A DNA stretch of 64,000 bases from Minisyncoccota bacterium (GCA_041648595.1 JBAZOQ010000001.1:14002-78001), one strand, 5' to 3'. Positions 9,590 through 18,318 are shown, counted from the stretch's first letter. Program-made: numbers and translations. The notes: generated from the sequence alone by a model not told the origin.

Positions 9590-11509
9590 ATGGATTTAAA
9601 ACACATACGAAACTTTTCTATCATCGCACATATTGATCATGGTAAAAGTACTTTGGCGGATAGAATGTTAGAAATTACACATACTATTCCTGAGCGTAAA
9701 ATGCGTGATCAAGTACTTGATTCTATGGATCTTGAACGTGAACGTGGAATTACTATTAAAATGCAACCAGTTAGGATGGTCTATCGACCAAAATTTCCAA
9801 TTTCCAATTTCCAATTTCCAATCAATGATCCAATTTCTAATGAAAATTCTAAATTAAAAATTGAAAATTCAAATTCAGAATACATTCTGAATTTGATTGA
9901 CACCCCAGGGCATATAGACTTTTCTTATGAAGTTTCTCGAGCATTAAAAGCAGTAGAGGGCTCTATTTTATTAGTTGATGCGACACAGGGAGTACAAGCT
10001 CAAACTCTTACTACACTTAATATGGCACGTGAGGGAGCCAAAGAAGGGGGCAAACAAATTATTCCAGTACTTTCAAAGATTGATTCACCACTTGCTCGAG
10101 TAGAAGAAGTAAAAAGGGAGGTTATAGAACTCTTAGGTTGTAATTCTGACGAAATATTGATGGTTTCTGGACGTACGGGTGAAGGAGTAGAAAATCTTTT
10201 AAATGAAATAATAAAACGTATTCCACCACCAGTTGAAAGTTATCCACAAGGTGATAATATTTTACGTGCTCTTGTTTTTGATTTTAAATATTCTAATCAC
10301 AAAGGGGTTATAGTTTTTATTAGATTATTAGATGGAAAAGTAAAAAAGGGTGATAATTTACTTTTTTCAGTTTCAGGTGAAAAATTTTGTGCTCTGGAAG
10401 TTGGTACTTTTTCTCCAGAAGAAACACCAAGAGATTTTCTTTTTGCAGGAGATACGGGTTATATTGTTACAGGCATAAAAAGACCAGGTATTGCTTCTGT
10501 TGGAGATACTATTACAAAAGAAAAAAATCCATTACCTGCATTACCTGGATATATGCAACCAATGCCTGTTGTTTGGGCATCTGTTTTTCCAGAAGATGCT
10601 GATGATTTTTTAGAACTGAAATTATCTTTAGGAAAATTAAAATTATCTGATTCATCTTTTTCATACGAAGAAGAATCAAGTGGTTCACTAGGGCGAGGAT
10701 TTAGATGTGGTTTTCTTGGAATGCTGCATTTAGAGATTATCACAGAAAGATTAAGACGAGAATTTAATTTAGAGCTTGTTATAACTACTCCATCTATTAC
10801 TTATGAAGTATTATTGAGAAACCCTTCGACAGGCTCAGGGCAAGCTGGAAAAAGAGTAAAAATTTATTTTCCTTACTTTTTTCCTGAAGATGGAAATATA
10901 GATACAGTATTTGAACCTTGGGTAAAATTGAAAATAATTACTCCAATCAAATATATAGGCAATATTATGCAAATTCTTTTTGACCATGAAGCTGAAATTG
11001 GTGAGACAGATAATTTTGGCAATAATCGTTCTTCTGTATCTGTTAAAATGCCACTTCGTGAACTTATGCGTAATTTTTTCGATGAATTGAAAAGTGTTTC
11101 ATCTGGATATGGATCTATTTCTTATGAAATAGATGAAATGCGTAAAGCAAATGTTACTAGACTTGATGTGTTAGTCGCTGAAGAAGTGGTTCCTGCATTT
11201 TGTAGAGTTGTTTCAAAAAAAAGGGCAGAAGAAGAAGCAGAAAAAATAGTTGAAAAATTACATGATATTTTACCAAGACAAATGTTTGTTACTAAAATTC
11301 AGGGTAAAGTGTTAGGACGCATAGTATCATCTCGTACATTGCAGGCATTTAGTAAAGATGTGACTCAACATATGTATGGTGGAGACGTTACTCGTAAAAA
11401 TAAACTTCGAGATAAACAAAAGAAAGGAAAAAAGAAAATGAAAGAACGTGGAAAAGTGAATATTCCACATAGTGTATTTTTGAAAATGATGCGTGGAGGA
11501 AATGATTAA
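9590..11509 (+). CDS. lepA: Translation elongation factor 4 (LepA). It carries an in-frame (AATTTCC)n low-complexity insertion and an in-frame GC-rich REP-like insertion.
   Basis: N-terminus MDLKHIRNFSIIAHIDHGKSTLADR, NLIDTPGHIDF, and the LepA-specific C-terminal domain. Length 639 aa. Confidence 0.9.
   Translation: MDLKHIRNFSIIAHIDHGKSTLADRMLEITHTIPERKMRDQVLDSMDLERERGITIKMQPVRMVYRPKFPISNFQFPINDPISNENSKLKIENSNSEYILNLIDTPGHIDFSYEVSRALKAVEGSILLVDATQGVQAQTLTTLNMAREGAKEGGKQIIPVLSKIDSPLARVEEVKREVIELLGCNSDEILMVSGRTGEGVENLLNEIIKRIPPPVESYPQGDNILRALVFDFKYSNHKGVIVFIRLLDGKVKKGDNLLFSVSGEKFCALEVGTFSPEETPRDFLFAGDTGYIVTGIKRPGIASVGDTITKEKNPLPALPGYMQPMPVVWASVFPEDADDFLELKLSLGKLKLSDSSFSYEEESSGSLGRGFRCGFLGMLHLEIITERLRREFNLELVITTPSITYEVLLRNPSTGSGQAGKRVKIYFPYFFPEDGNIDTVFEPWVKLKIITPIKYIGNIMQILFDHEAEIGETDNFGNNRSSVSVKMPLRELMRNFFDELKSVSSGYGSISYEIDEMRKANVTRLDVLVAEEVVPAFCRVVSKKRAEEEAEKIVEKLHDILPRQMFVTKIQGKVLGRIVSSRTLQAFSKDVTQHMYGGDVTRKNKLRDKQKKGKKKMKERGKVNIPHSVFLKMMRGGND
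9792..9819 (+). repeat. Perfect heptanucleotide tandem repeat (AATTTCC)x4 inside the lepA coding sequence, followed by degenerate AAATTC-like repeats to about 9890. It is translated as PISNFQFPINDPISNENSKLKIENSNSE.
   Basis: Seen directly. The segment lies between the G1 and G3 (DTPGH) motifs, where canonical LepA has no such segment. Confidence 0.8.
10821..10848 (+). repeat. GC-rich REP-like element (family B: CCTTCGACAGGCTCAGGGCAAGC) inserted in frame in lepA. It is translated as NPSTGSGQAGK.
   Basis: A roughly 25-nt island of about 65% GC in an about 30% GC gene. The same motif occurs in eno (x2) and valS (x2). Confidence 0.7.
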
Positions 11510-11787
11510 TATTAATTTAAGCCCCTATTCAAAAGATTTCTGAGCCTTCGCCCTCGGGGACATAAGGACAGGGGACCAACACGACTCTTAAAATCTTTTA
11601 ATAGTGGCTTAAATTTTACTTTATACTAAATATTGGAGAATAAAGTAAAATCATACTGATTATTATCAATATAACAAGCACTGACCAAATCATCTGGATT
11701 TTCTTTTGATGTTTTTTATTGAAAAACATGAGATAATAATAGCATATAATGAGAAATTTTCAAAAAAATGGAGAAAAGAAACATTTT

Positions 11788-12126
11788 ATGCAATCAAAAA
11801 TATTTTTGATATTTTTGTGTATTGTTATACTTGTTTTCTTTTTTAGTATGTTTAGTTTTGTTGATAAAATGAGAGATACTCAAAAAAATAAAGATATAAT
11901 AAAAGATAAAATTGCAGAATTGGAAAAATCAAAACAAACATTTAATTCTGAAATTACTAAATTAAAAACAGAAGAAGGAATAGAAGAAAATATAAGAGAA
12001 AAATTTGGTGTAGTAAAAGAAGGTGAGAATTTAATGATGGTTGTAGATGATAAAAATCCACTAGTAGAAGAAAAAGAAGAAAATAATAAAGATTTTTGGT
12101 CTATTATAAAAAGTTGGCTTAAATAA
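11788..12126 (+). CDS. ftsB: Septum formation initiator FtsB/DivIC family protein (N-terminal TM, coiled coil).
   Basis: Single TM helix then coiled coil with REKFGVVKEGE, which resembles the FtsB ..R..LG.VKPGE motif. GGAG Shine-Dalgarno lies about 11 nt upstream of ATG 11788. The track start 11749 overlaps a TATAAT box. Confidence 0.55.
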   Translation: MQSKIFLIFLCIVILVFFFSMFSFVDKMRDTQKNKDIIKDKIAELEKSKQTFNSEITKLKTEEGIEENIREKFGVVKEGENLMMVVDDKNPLVEEKEENNKDFWSIIKSWLK

Positions 12127-12154
12127 TATGTAATGTTATAATTATCTATATGAA

Positions 12155-12221
12155 TCCCGTTAGAAATTCACTTAACGGGAGTCGAAAATATATTAAAAAT
12201 TAATTTTAAATTTCTAACGGG
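12155..12221 (+). mobile_element. MITE-like TIR element, family 1 copy b (67 bp). TIRs are TCCCGTTAGAAATT / AATTTCTAACGGG. It is flanked by direct repeat ATGAA (12150-12154 and 12222-12226), and the 3' copy is the start codon of the dehydrogenase gene.
   Basis: Read directly. Confidence 0.6.
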
Positions 12222-13175
12222 ATGAAAATAGCATTTTTTAGTGTTTTAAAAGAATATCAAGAATTTTTTAATAATTCATTTTCAAAAGATGAAGTTTTTT
12301 GTTTTGAAGAAAAATTAACTAAAGAAAAATTGAACCAAATAAAAGATTTTGAAGTTGTTTCTGTTTTCGTAGATTCGATAGTAGATAAAGATATTATTGA
12401 TAATTTATCTAATTTAAAATTTATTACTACTCGTTCGACTGGATTTGATCATGTTGATTATCAATATGCAAAAAGTAAGGGAATAGCATTTTCTAATGTT
12501 CCAGTGTATGGCTCTAGTACTGTAGCTGAATTTACTTTTGCTTTGATATTAAATCTTTCTAGAAAAATTAGTGAAGCTCTAAGACAATTGAAAGAAGGAG
12601 GTATTTTTGAAGCATTAAAAAACATACAAGGTTTTGATTTAGATGGTAAAATTATTGGAGTCATTGGTACTGGTAAAATAGGTAAGAATGTAATACGTAT
12701 TGCTAAAGCTTTTAATATGAAAGTTTTAGCTTATGATTTATATCCAGATTTAAATTTTGCGAAAGAAAATAATTTTGAATATAAAGATTTTAATGAAGTG
12801 ATATCTGTATCTGATATTATTACGTTGCATACTCCTTCTACAAAAGAAAATTATCATCTTATAAATAAAGAAAGTATTTCAAAAATGAAAAAAGGTGTTT
12901 ATATCATAAACACTGCCCGTGGTGAACTTATAAATACAGAAGACCTGATATTGGGAGTAAAAGAAGGTATTGTGGGTGGTGTAGGATTAGACGTATTGGA
13001 AGGTGAGCGTGATTTTAAAAAAGGAGACAAGATTGCTTTTTTTGAAATACCTAATGTTATAGTCACACCACATATAGCTTTTTATTCGAAAGAAGCGGTA
13101 GATAGAATAGCTGAAACCACGGTTGATAATATAAAAGGTTTTATGTCTGGTAATTTACAGAATTTAGTAAAATAA
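12222..13175 (+). CDS. D-isomer-specific 2-hydroxyacid dehydrogenase family protein (hydroxypyruvate/glycerate or D-lactate dehydrogenase-like).
   Basis: NAD-binding GVIGTGKIGKNVIRIAKAFNMKVLAYD. Catalytic region ARGELINTEDL..GVGLDV...HIAFYSKEA. Confidence 0.8.
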   Translation: MKIAFFSVLKEYQEFFNNSFSKDEVFCFEEKLTKEKLNQIKDFEVVSVFVDSIVDKDIIDNLSNLKFITTRSTGFDHVDYQYAKSKGIAFSNVPVYGSSTVAEFTFALILNLSRKISEALRQLKEGGIFEALKNIQGFDLDGKIIGVIGTGKIGKNVIRIAKAFNMKVLAYDLYPDLNFAKENNFEYKDFNEVISVSDIITLHTPSTKENYHLINKESISKMKKGVYIINTARGELINTEDLILGVKEGIVGGVGLDVLEGERDFKKGDKIAFFEIPNVIVTPHIAFYSKEAVDRIAETTVDNIKGFMSGNLQNLVK

Positions 13176-13178
13176 AAA

Positions 13179-14462
13179 ATGAGTGAAAGATTTATAAAAA
13201 ATTTTGATGAATTAGCTACGACTCCAAATCGTAAAATAACATTAGAGATAATGGAATCTGGGTTAAATGCTATTAATACAGCGAAAGTTATTGAATCTTC
13301 TATAAATCTCGTAGGAAAAAATTTATTTATAAAAGAAAAAAGTTTTAATTTATCTCAATATAAAAAAATAAAAGTAATTGGTTTTGGTAAATCTTCTTGT
13401 GACGGTGCACTGGCCTTAGAGAAAATTTTAGGACCTAAAATAAGTGAAGGTGCTGTTATAGGACTTTCGAAGGTTCCATGTAAATATATAGAAACATTTG
13501 CTGGTACACATCCAAAACCATCATTGGTGAATGTAGAAGCTAGTAAAAAAATATATGAAATAGTAAAGGGTTCAACAGAGGATGATCTTATAATTGTTAT
13601 CGTTTCAGGTGGTGGTTCTGCTCTTCTTTGTTATCCAGAAAGTGAATGTACACAAGGTATAAAACTTTATGATCAATTCTTGAAATGTGGGAAAACAATA
13701 TCTGAAATTAATACAGTTAGAAAACATATATCTTCCCTAAAGGGTGGTGGATTAGCTGAATTAGCATATGGAGCAACGGTTATTGGTCTTATTTTTTCAG
13801 ATGTACCAGGAGATGTATTTGAAGATGTCGCTTCTGGTCCAACATATAAAGATAGATCTACCATAAATGATGCTAAACAAATTATATTAAATAATAATTT
13901 AGGAGAGTTTGATTTAATTGAAACTACAAAAGAAGATAAATATTTTGAAAAAGTTTATAATTTTGTTCTTGTTTCAAACAGGACTGCCGTAAAAGCTATG
14001 GAAAAGAAGGCAAAAGAATTTGATTTAAATGTGAATGTTGCTTCAGTTAATCTATATGATGATATAGATAAAGTACTTGAAAAATTATTTGTAGTTCAAA
14101 AAGAAAATTTTATAGTTTTAGCTGCGGGAGAACCTCGTATAATAGTCACAAAAGATGGAGGAAAGGGAGGTAGGAATTTACATATGGCGCTTCGAGCAAT
14201 CAAAAAGAAGATTATTGAAAAAGATTCTGTATTTATATCTTTTGCTTCTGATGGTATGGATAATAGTATTGCCGCAGGAGCAATTGTAGATAAAAATACA
14301 ATAGAAAAAATAGAGAAATTAGGTTTAAATATTGGTGATTATTTAGATCGTTTTGATTCTTATAATATATTTGAAAAGTCAGGTGATTTAATAATGACAG
14401 GTCCTACAGGTGCAAACGTTTCAGATTTGATGATTCTTTTAACAAAAAAAGATGGAAAATAA
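13179..14462 (+). CDS. Glycerate kinase, MOFRL family (glycerate 2-kinase-like).
   Basis: Motifs GFGKSSCDGA, VSGGGSALLCYP, RKHISSLKGGGLAE, AAGEPRIIVTKDGGKGGRNLHMAL and FASDGMDNSIAAGAIVD match the MOFRL/DUF4147 glycerate kinase architecture. Confidence 0.75.
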   Translation: MSERFIKNFDELATTPNRKITLEIMESGLNAINTAKVIESSINLVGKNLFIKEKSFNLSQYKKIKVIGFGKSSCDGALALEKILGPKISEGAVIGLSKVPCKYIETFAGTHPKPSLVNVEASKKIYEIVKGSTEDDLIIVIVSGGGSALLCYPESECTQGIKLYDQFLKCGKTISEINTVRKHISSLKGGGLAELAYGATVIGLIFSDVPGDVFEDVASGPTYKDRSTINDAKQIILNNNLGEFDLIETTKEDKYFEKVYNFVLVSNRTAVKAMEKKAKEFDLNVNVASVNLYDDIDKVLEKLFVVQKENFIVLAAGEPRIIVTKDGGKGGRNLHMALRAIKKKIIEKDSVFISFASDGMDNSIAAGAIVDKNTIEKIEKLGLNIGDYLDRFDSYNIFEKSGDLIMTGPTGANVSDLMILLTKKDGK

Positions 14463-15807
14463 AATTACGAAAATTATTGCAGAAGAAATAAAAGATTCGC
14501 GTGGTAATCCGACTATTAAAGTTACAGTATTTGCTTGCCCGCCTTTGGAGGGTGCAGAATATGTATTTGATAGTTTTTCTGTACCTTCTGGTGCATCTAC
14601 TGGAGCCCATGAAGCACATGAGTTAAGAGACCCCGAACCAGAGCAAGCTCGGTACGGGGCAGGTGATAATGGAAAAGGTGGTATGAAGAAGGCTATTTGG
14701 AATGTAGAAAATATTATTGCACCAGCTTTAATTGGTAAAGATATTTTAAATCAAAAAGAAATTGATAGAATAATGATTGAATTAGATGGAACTGCCAATA
14801 AAGATAATTTAGGAGGTAACTCTATGATAGGTGTAAGTATTGCTTGTGCAAAGACAGCTGCGAAAGTGTCTAATGTGGAAATATTTGAACATTTACGTAC
14901 TTTAATGGAGATAAAACCATCCCTTCGACTAGGCTCAGGGCAAGCTAAGAGGATTCCACATCTTTATATGAATTTGATAAATGGAGGAAAGCATGTCCTT
15001 CGACAAGGCTCAGGGCAAGCAAAGAATGATTTAGTTTTTCAGGAATATCACGTTGTCCCAAATACAGAAGATGCAGTAGAAGCAGTTGAAATTGGAATTA
15101 AAATACAAAATTCTCTTAAAGAAATAATTTTAAAAGAACTAGGAGAAGAGTCTCTTGTATTAGGTGATGAAGGAGGTTTTGCTCCTAAGATAAGTGATAT
15201 TAGAAAACCACTTGAATATTTAAGTAAAGCAATAAAAGAAAATAATTTAGAAGATAAAGTTAGGCTCGCGCTCGATGTAGCTAGTTCTTCTTTTTATAAA
15301 GATGGAAAATATAAAGTTGATGGTAAAGACCCCAAAGGAAAGCAAGCTTCCTACGGGGCAGGAATTTCAAAAGAAGAATTAATGGATATTTATAATTCTT
15401 TAATTACAGAATTTAATTTACTTTCTATTGAAGATCCATTTGATGAAGAAGATTTTGAAAGCTTTAGAAAATTAAAAGAAAATCAAAATAATTTAATAGT
15501 GGTAGGAGATGATTTAACTGTGACAAATAAAGTTCTTTTAAAAGAAGCAATTGAGAAAAATAGTATAAATGCAATGATTATAAAACCAAACCAAATAGGC
15601 ACTTTGACAGAGACACTTGAAACGATGCAATTGGCTCGCTTAAATGGTGTAGAGCTCATAGTCAGCCACAGGAGTGGAGAAACTGAGGATAGTTTTATAG
15701 CTGATTTAGCATATGCTTTTGGATGTTTTGGTCTTAAATCAGGGGCTCCAGAAAAATCTGAAAGAAAAGTAAAATATGATAGGTTAATAAAAATTTCTAA
15801 AATATAG
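14452..15807 (+). CDS. eno: Enolase (phosphopyruvate hydratase) carrying four in-frame GC-rich repeat-element insertions.
   Basis: SGASTGAHEAHELRD, catalytic VGDDLTVTN, IKPNQIGTLTET, SHRSGETED. Inserted segments are PEPEQARYGAG, SLRLGSGQAKR, LRQGSGQAKN and GKQASYGAG. Confidence 0.9.
   Translation: MENKITKIIAEEIKDSRGNPTIKVTVFACPPLEGAEYVFDSFSVPSGASTGAHEAHELRDPEPEQARYGAGDNGKGGMKKAIWNVENIIAPALIGKDILNQKEIDRIMIELDGTANKDNLGGNSMIGVSIACAKTAAKVSNVEIFEHLRTLMEIKPSLRLGSGQAKRIPHLYMNLINGGKHVLRQGSGQAKNDLVFQEYHVVPNTEDAVEAVEIGIKIQNSLKEIILKELGEESLVLGDEGGFAPKISDIRKPLEYLSKAIKENNLEDKVRLALDVASSSFYKDGKYKVDGKDPKGKQASYGAGISKEELMDIYNSLITEFNLLSIEDPFDEEDFESFRKLKENQNNLIVVGDDLTVTNKVLLKEAIEKNSINAMIIKPNQIGTLTETLETMQLARLNGVELIVSHRSGETEDSFIADLAYAFGCFGLKSGAPEKSERKVKYDRLIKISKI
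14631..14663 (+). repeat. GC-rich element family C (CCCCGAACCAGAGCAAGCTCGGTACGGGGCAGG, near-palindromic CCCCG..CGGGG), in frame in eno. Second copy at 15330-15362.
   Basis: Two copies share CCCCRAA..AGCAAGCT..TACGGGGCAGG. Both translate to ..QA(R/S)YGAG. Confidence 0.65.
14925..14949 (+). repeat. GC-rich element family B copy in eno (CCTTCGACTAGGCTCAGGGCAAGC). Another copy at 15000-15024.
   Basis: Same motif as in lepA and valS. Translated as PSLRLGSGQAK and LRQGSGQAK. Confidence 0.7.
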
Positions 15808-15877
15808 ATTTTGTAAAATATGCTATAATATCTTTATATATACTAAAAAGTATTGATTATTAATAATATAAAATTTA

Positions 15878-18304
15878 GTGATTATGGTAGAAGAAAAAAA
15901 GGATGTTTTTGTTAAATGGTTTAATGAAGTAGGTATTGATGATGTTCCATCTGTGGGAGGTAAAAATGCTGCATTAGGAGAAATGTATTCTAATCTCGTA
16001 CCACTTGGGGTGAATGTACCAGATGGTTTTGCTTTAACAGCAGATGCATATCGTCATTTTTTTAAAAAAACAGGATTGGATGAAAAAATAAAAGAAATTC
16101 TTTCTGATTTAAATACTCGTGATCTTAGAAATCTTCAAGTTCGTGCAAAAAAAGTTCGTGAAGCTATTTTAAAAGCTAAATTGCCACAAGATTTACAAGA
16201 TGCAGTGACTAAATCTTATGCAGAACTTGGAAAAAAATATGGTAAAAATAGTGATGTCGCAGTGCGTTCTTCTGCAACAGCAGAAGATCTTCCGGGGGCT
16301 TCTTTTGCAGGCCAGCAAGAGACTTATTTAAACATACACGGTATTGAAAACATACTTATAGCAACAAAGAAATGTATCGCTTCTTTATTTACAGATAGAG
16401 CTGTTTCTTACAGAGCAGATAAAGGATTCTCACATTTTGATGCTGCTTTGTCTGTGGGGGTACAACGTATGGTGCGTTCTGACCTCTCTTCTTCTGGTGT
16501 AGCATTTACCATAGATACAGAGACAGGTTTTGATAAAGTTATTTTAATAAATGGTATTTATGGTTTAGGAGAATTTATTGTGCAGGGGAAAGTTATTCCA
16601 GATGAATTTATTGTTTTTAAACCAACATTGGAAAATGGAAGTAAAAATCCAATAATTGGTAAGAATATTGGTAAGAAAAATATTAAACTTGTCTATGCGA
16701 AAGATGGTACAAAAGAAGCGAAAGTTTCTGTAGAAGAACAACAAAAATTTTGTATTACAAACGAAGAAGCTGTAAAACTTGCAAAATGGTGTTTACAAAT
16801 AGAAAAATATTTTTCTAAAAAACACAATCGTTATCAACCGATGGATATAGAATGGGCTAAAGATGGAAAGACAGGTGAGCTTTTTATTGTGCAAGCACGT
16901 CCTGAGACAGTTGTATCTGGGCAAGACAGAAATGTATTAAGAGAATATAAATTGCAAAAAACGAGCAAAGTTTTGGTGAGTGGTATTGCTGTCGGTTCTA
17001 AAATAGGAAGTGGAAAAGTTCGTGTTTTATCTAGTGCAAAAAATATTTCTTTATTCAAAAAAGGAGAAGTTTTGGTTACAGAGATTACTGATCCAGACTG
17101 GGAGCCTATAATGAAGATAGCAAGTGCTATTATTACAGATAAAGGTGGACGTACATCCCATGCCGCAATAGTTTCTCGCGAACTTGGTATTCCTTGTATT
17201 GTTGGATCAAATAATGCTACAAAAGTATTAAAAAATGGACAAGATGTTACGGTAGACTCTTCAGGGGGACAAGTTGGTAATGTATATACTGGAATATTGC
17301 CATTTAAAATACTAGAACATAGACTAGATGCACTACCTAAAATAGATACAAAGATAATGGTAAATATTGGTTCTCCAGATGAAGCATTTAAGAGTTGTCA
17401 TCTTCCAGCGCAAGGAGTGGGCTTGGGAAGATTAGAATTTATTATTGCTTCTCATATTCGTATTCATCCAAATGCTTTAATTAATTATAAAAAATTAAAT
17501 AGAGGGGAGAAGACTCCTGCAATAGTAAAATTACTTAAAGAAATTGATAACATCACTTATGCATATAAAGATAAGACTCAGTTTTATGTTGACGAGCTTG
17601 CACTTGGAATAGCAAAGATTGGTGCTACTTTTTATCCAGAAAAAGTTATTATTCGTCTCTCAGATTTTAAAACGAATGAATATCGTACGCTTATCGGTGG
17701 AGATATGTATGAGCCACACGAAGAGAATCCAATGCTGGGATGGCGTGGTGCATCTCGATATTATGATCCTAAATTTAAAGATGCTTTCGGTCTTGAATGT
17801 AAGGCTATGAAAATGGTACGTGAAGATATGGGCCTCACGAATGTCATTCCGATGGTTCCATTTTGTAGAACTCCAGAAGAAGGAAAAAAGGTGATAGATG
17901 TGATGAAAGAATATGGTTTGGATCGTACAAAAGATAAGAATTTAAAAGTATATGTTATGTGTGAAATTCCTTCAAACATTCTTTTGGCAGATGAATTTCT
18001 TGAAATATTTGATGGTATGTCTATTGGTTCAAATGATTTGACCCAGCTTACTTTGGGGCTAGATAGAGATTCTGGAATAGTGACTCACATATCAAATGAA
18101 AATAATCCTGCTGTTAAAAAGCTAGTAGCAGAAATTATTCATAAATGTAAAGAAAAAGGGAAGTATATAGGTATTTGTGGGCAAGCTCCATCTGACTATC
18201 CAGAATTTGCTAAATTCCTTGTAGATGAAGGTATAGAGAGCATGTCACTTAATCCTGATACTGTCATTAAAATTATTATGGCTTTAGGTGAAAAAAAAGT
18301 ATAA
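15878..18304 (+). CDS. ppsA: Phosphoenolpyruvate synthase (pyruvate, water dikinase).
   Basis: N-terminal VGGKNAALGEMY, phospho-His domain GGRTSHAAIVSRELGIPCIVG, C-terminal PEP-utilizing TIM barrel. Length 808 aa. An extended -10 (TGcTATAAT) lies at about 15827-15836. Confidence 0.85.
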   Translation: MIMVEEKKDVFVKWFNEVGIDDVPSVGGKNAALGEMYSNLVPLGVNVPDGFALTADAYRHFFKKTGLDEKIKEILSDLNTRDLRNLQVRAKKVREAILKAKLPQDLQDAVTKSYAELGKKYGKNSDVAVRSSATAEDLPGASFAGQQETYLNIHGIENILIATKKCIASLFTDRAVSYRADKGFSHFDAALSVGVQRMVRSDLSSSGVAFTIDTETGFDKVILINGIYGLGEFIVQGKVIPDEFIVFKPTLENGSKNPIIGKNIGKKNIKLVYAKDGTKEAKVSVEEQQKFCITNEEAVKLAKWCLQIEKYFSKKHNRYQPMDIEWAKDGKTGELFIVQARPETVVSGQDRNVLREYKLQKTSKVLVSGIAVGSKIGSGKVRVLSSAKNISLFKKGEVLVTEITDPDWEPIMKIASAIITDKGGRTSHAAIVSRELGIPCIVGSNNATKVLKNGQDVTVDSSGGQVGNVYTGILPFKILEHRLDALPKIDTKIMVNIGSPDEAFKSCHLPAQGVGLGRLEFIIASHIRIHPNALINYKKLNRGEKTPAIVKLLKEIDNITYAYKDKTQFYVDELALGIAKIGATFYPEKVIIRLSDFKTNEYRTLIGGDMYEPHEENPMLGWRGASRYYDPKFKDAFGLECKAMKMVREDMGLTNVIPMVPFCRTPEEGKKVIDVMKEYGLDRTKDKNLKVYVMCEIPSNILLADEFLEIFDGMSIGSNDLTQLTLGLDRDSGIVTHISNENNPAVKKLVAEIIHKCKEKGKYIGICGQAPSDYPEFAKFLVDEGIESMSLNPDTVIKIIMALGEKKV

Positions 18305-18318
18305 TATAAATGTACTTG

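Noticed and set aside
10387-10743. ORFs 10387-10602 (+) and 10459-10743 (minus) inside lepA.
   Set aside because: They are overlapping-frame artefacts within a well-supported lepA reading frame.
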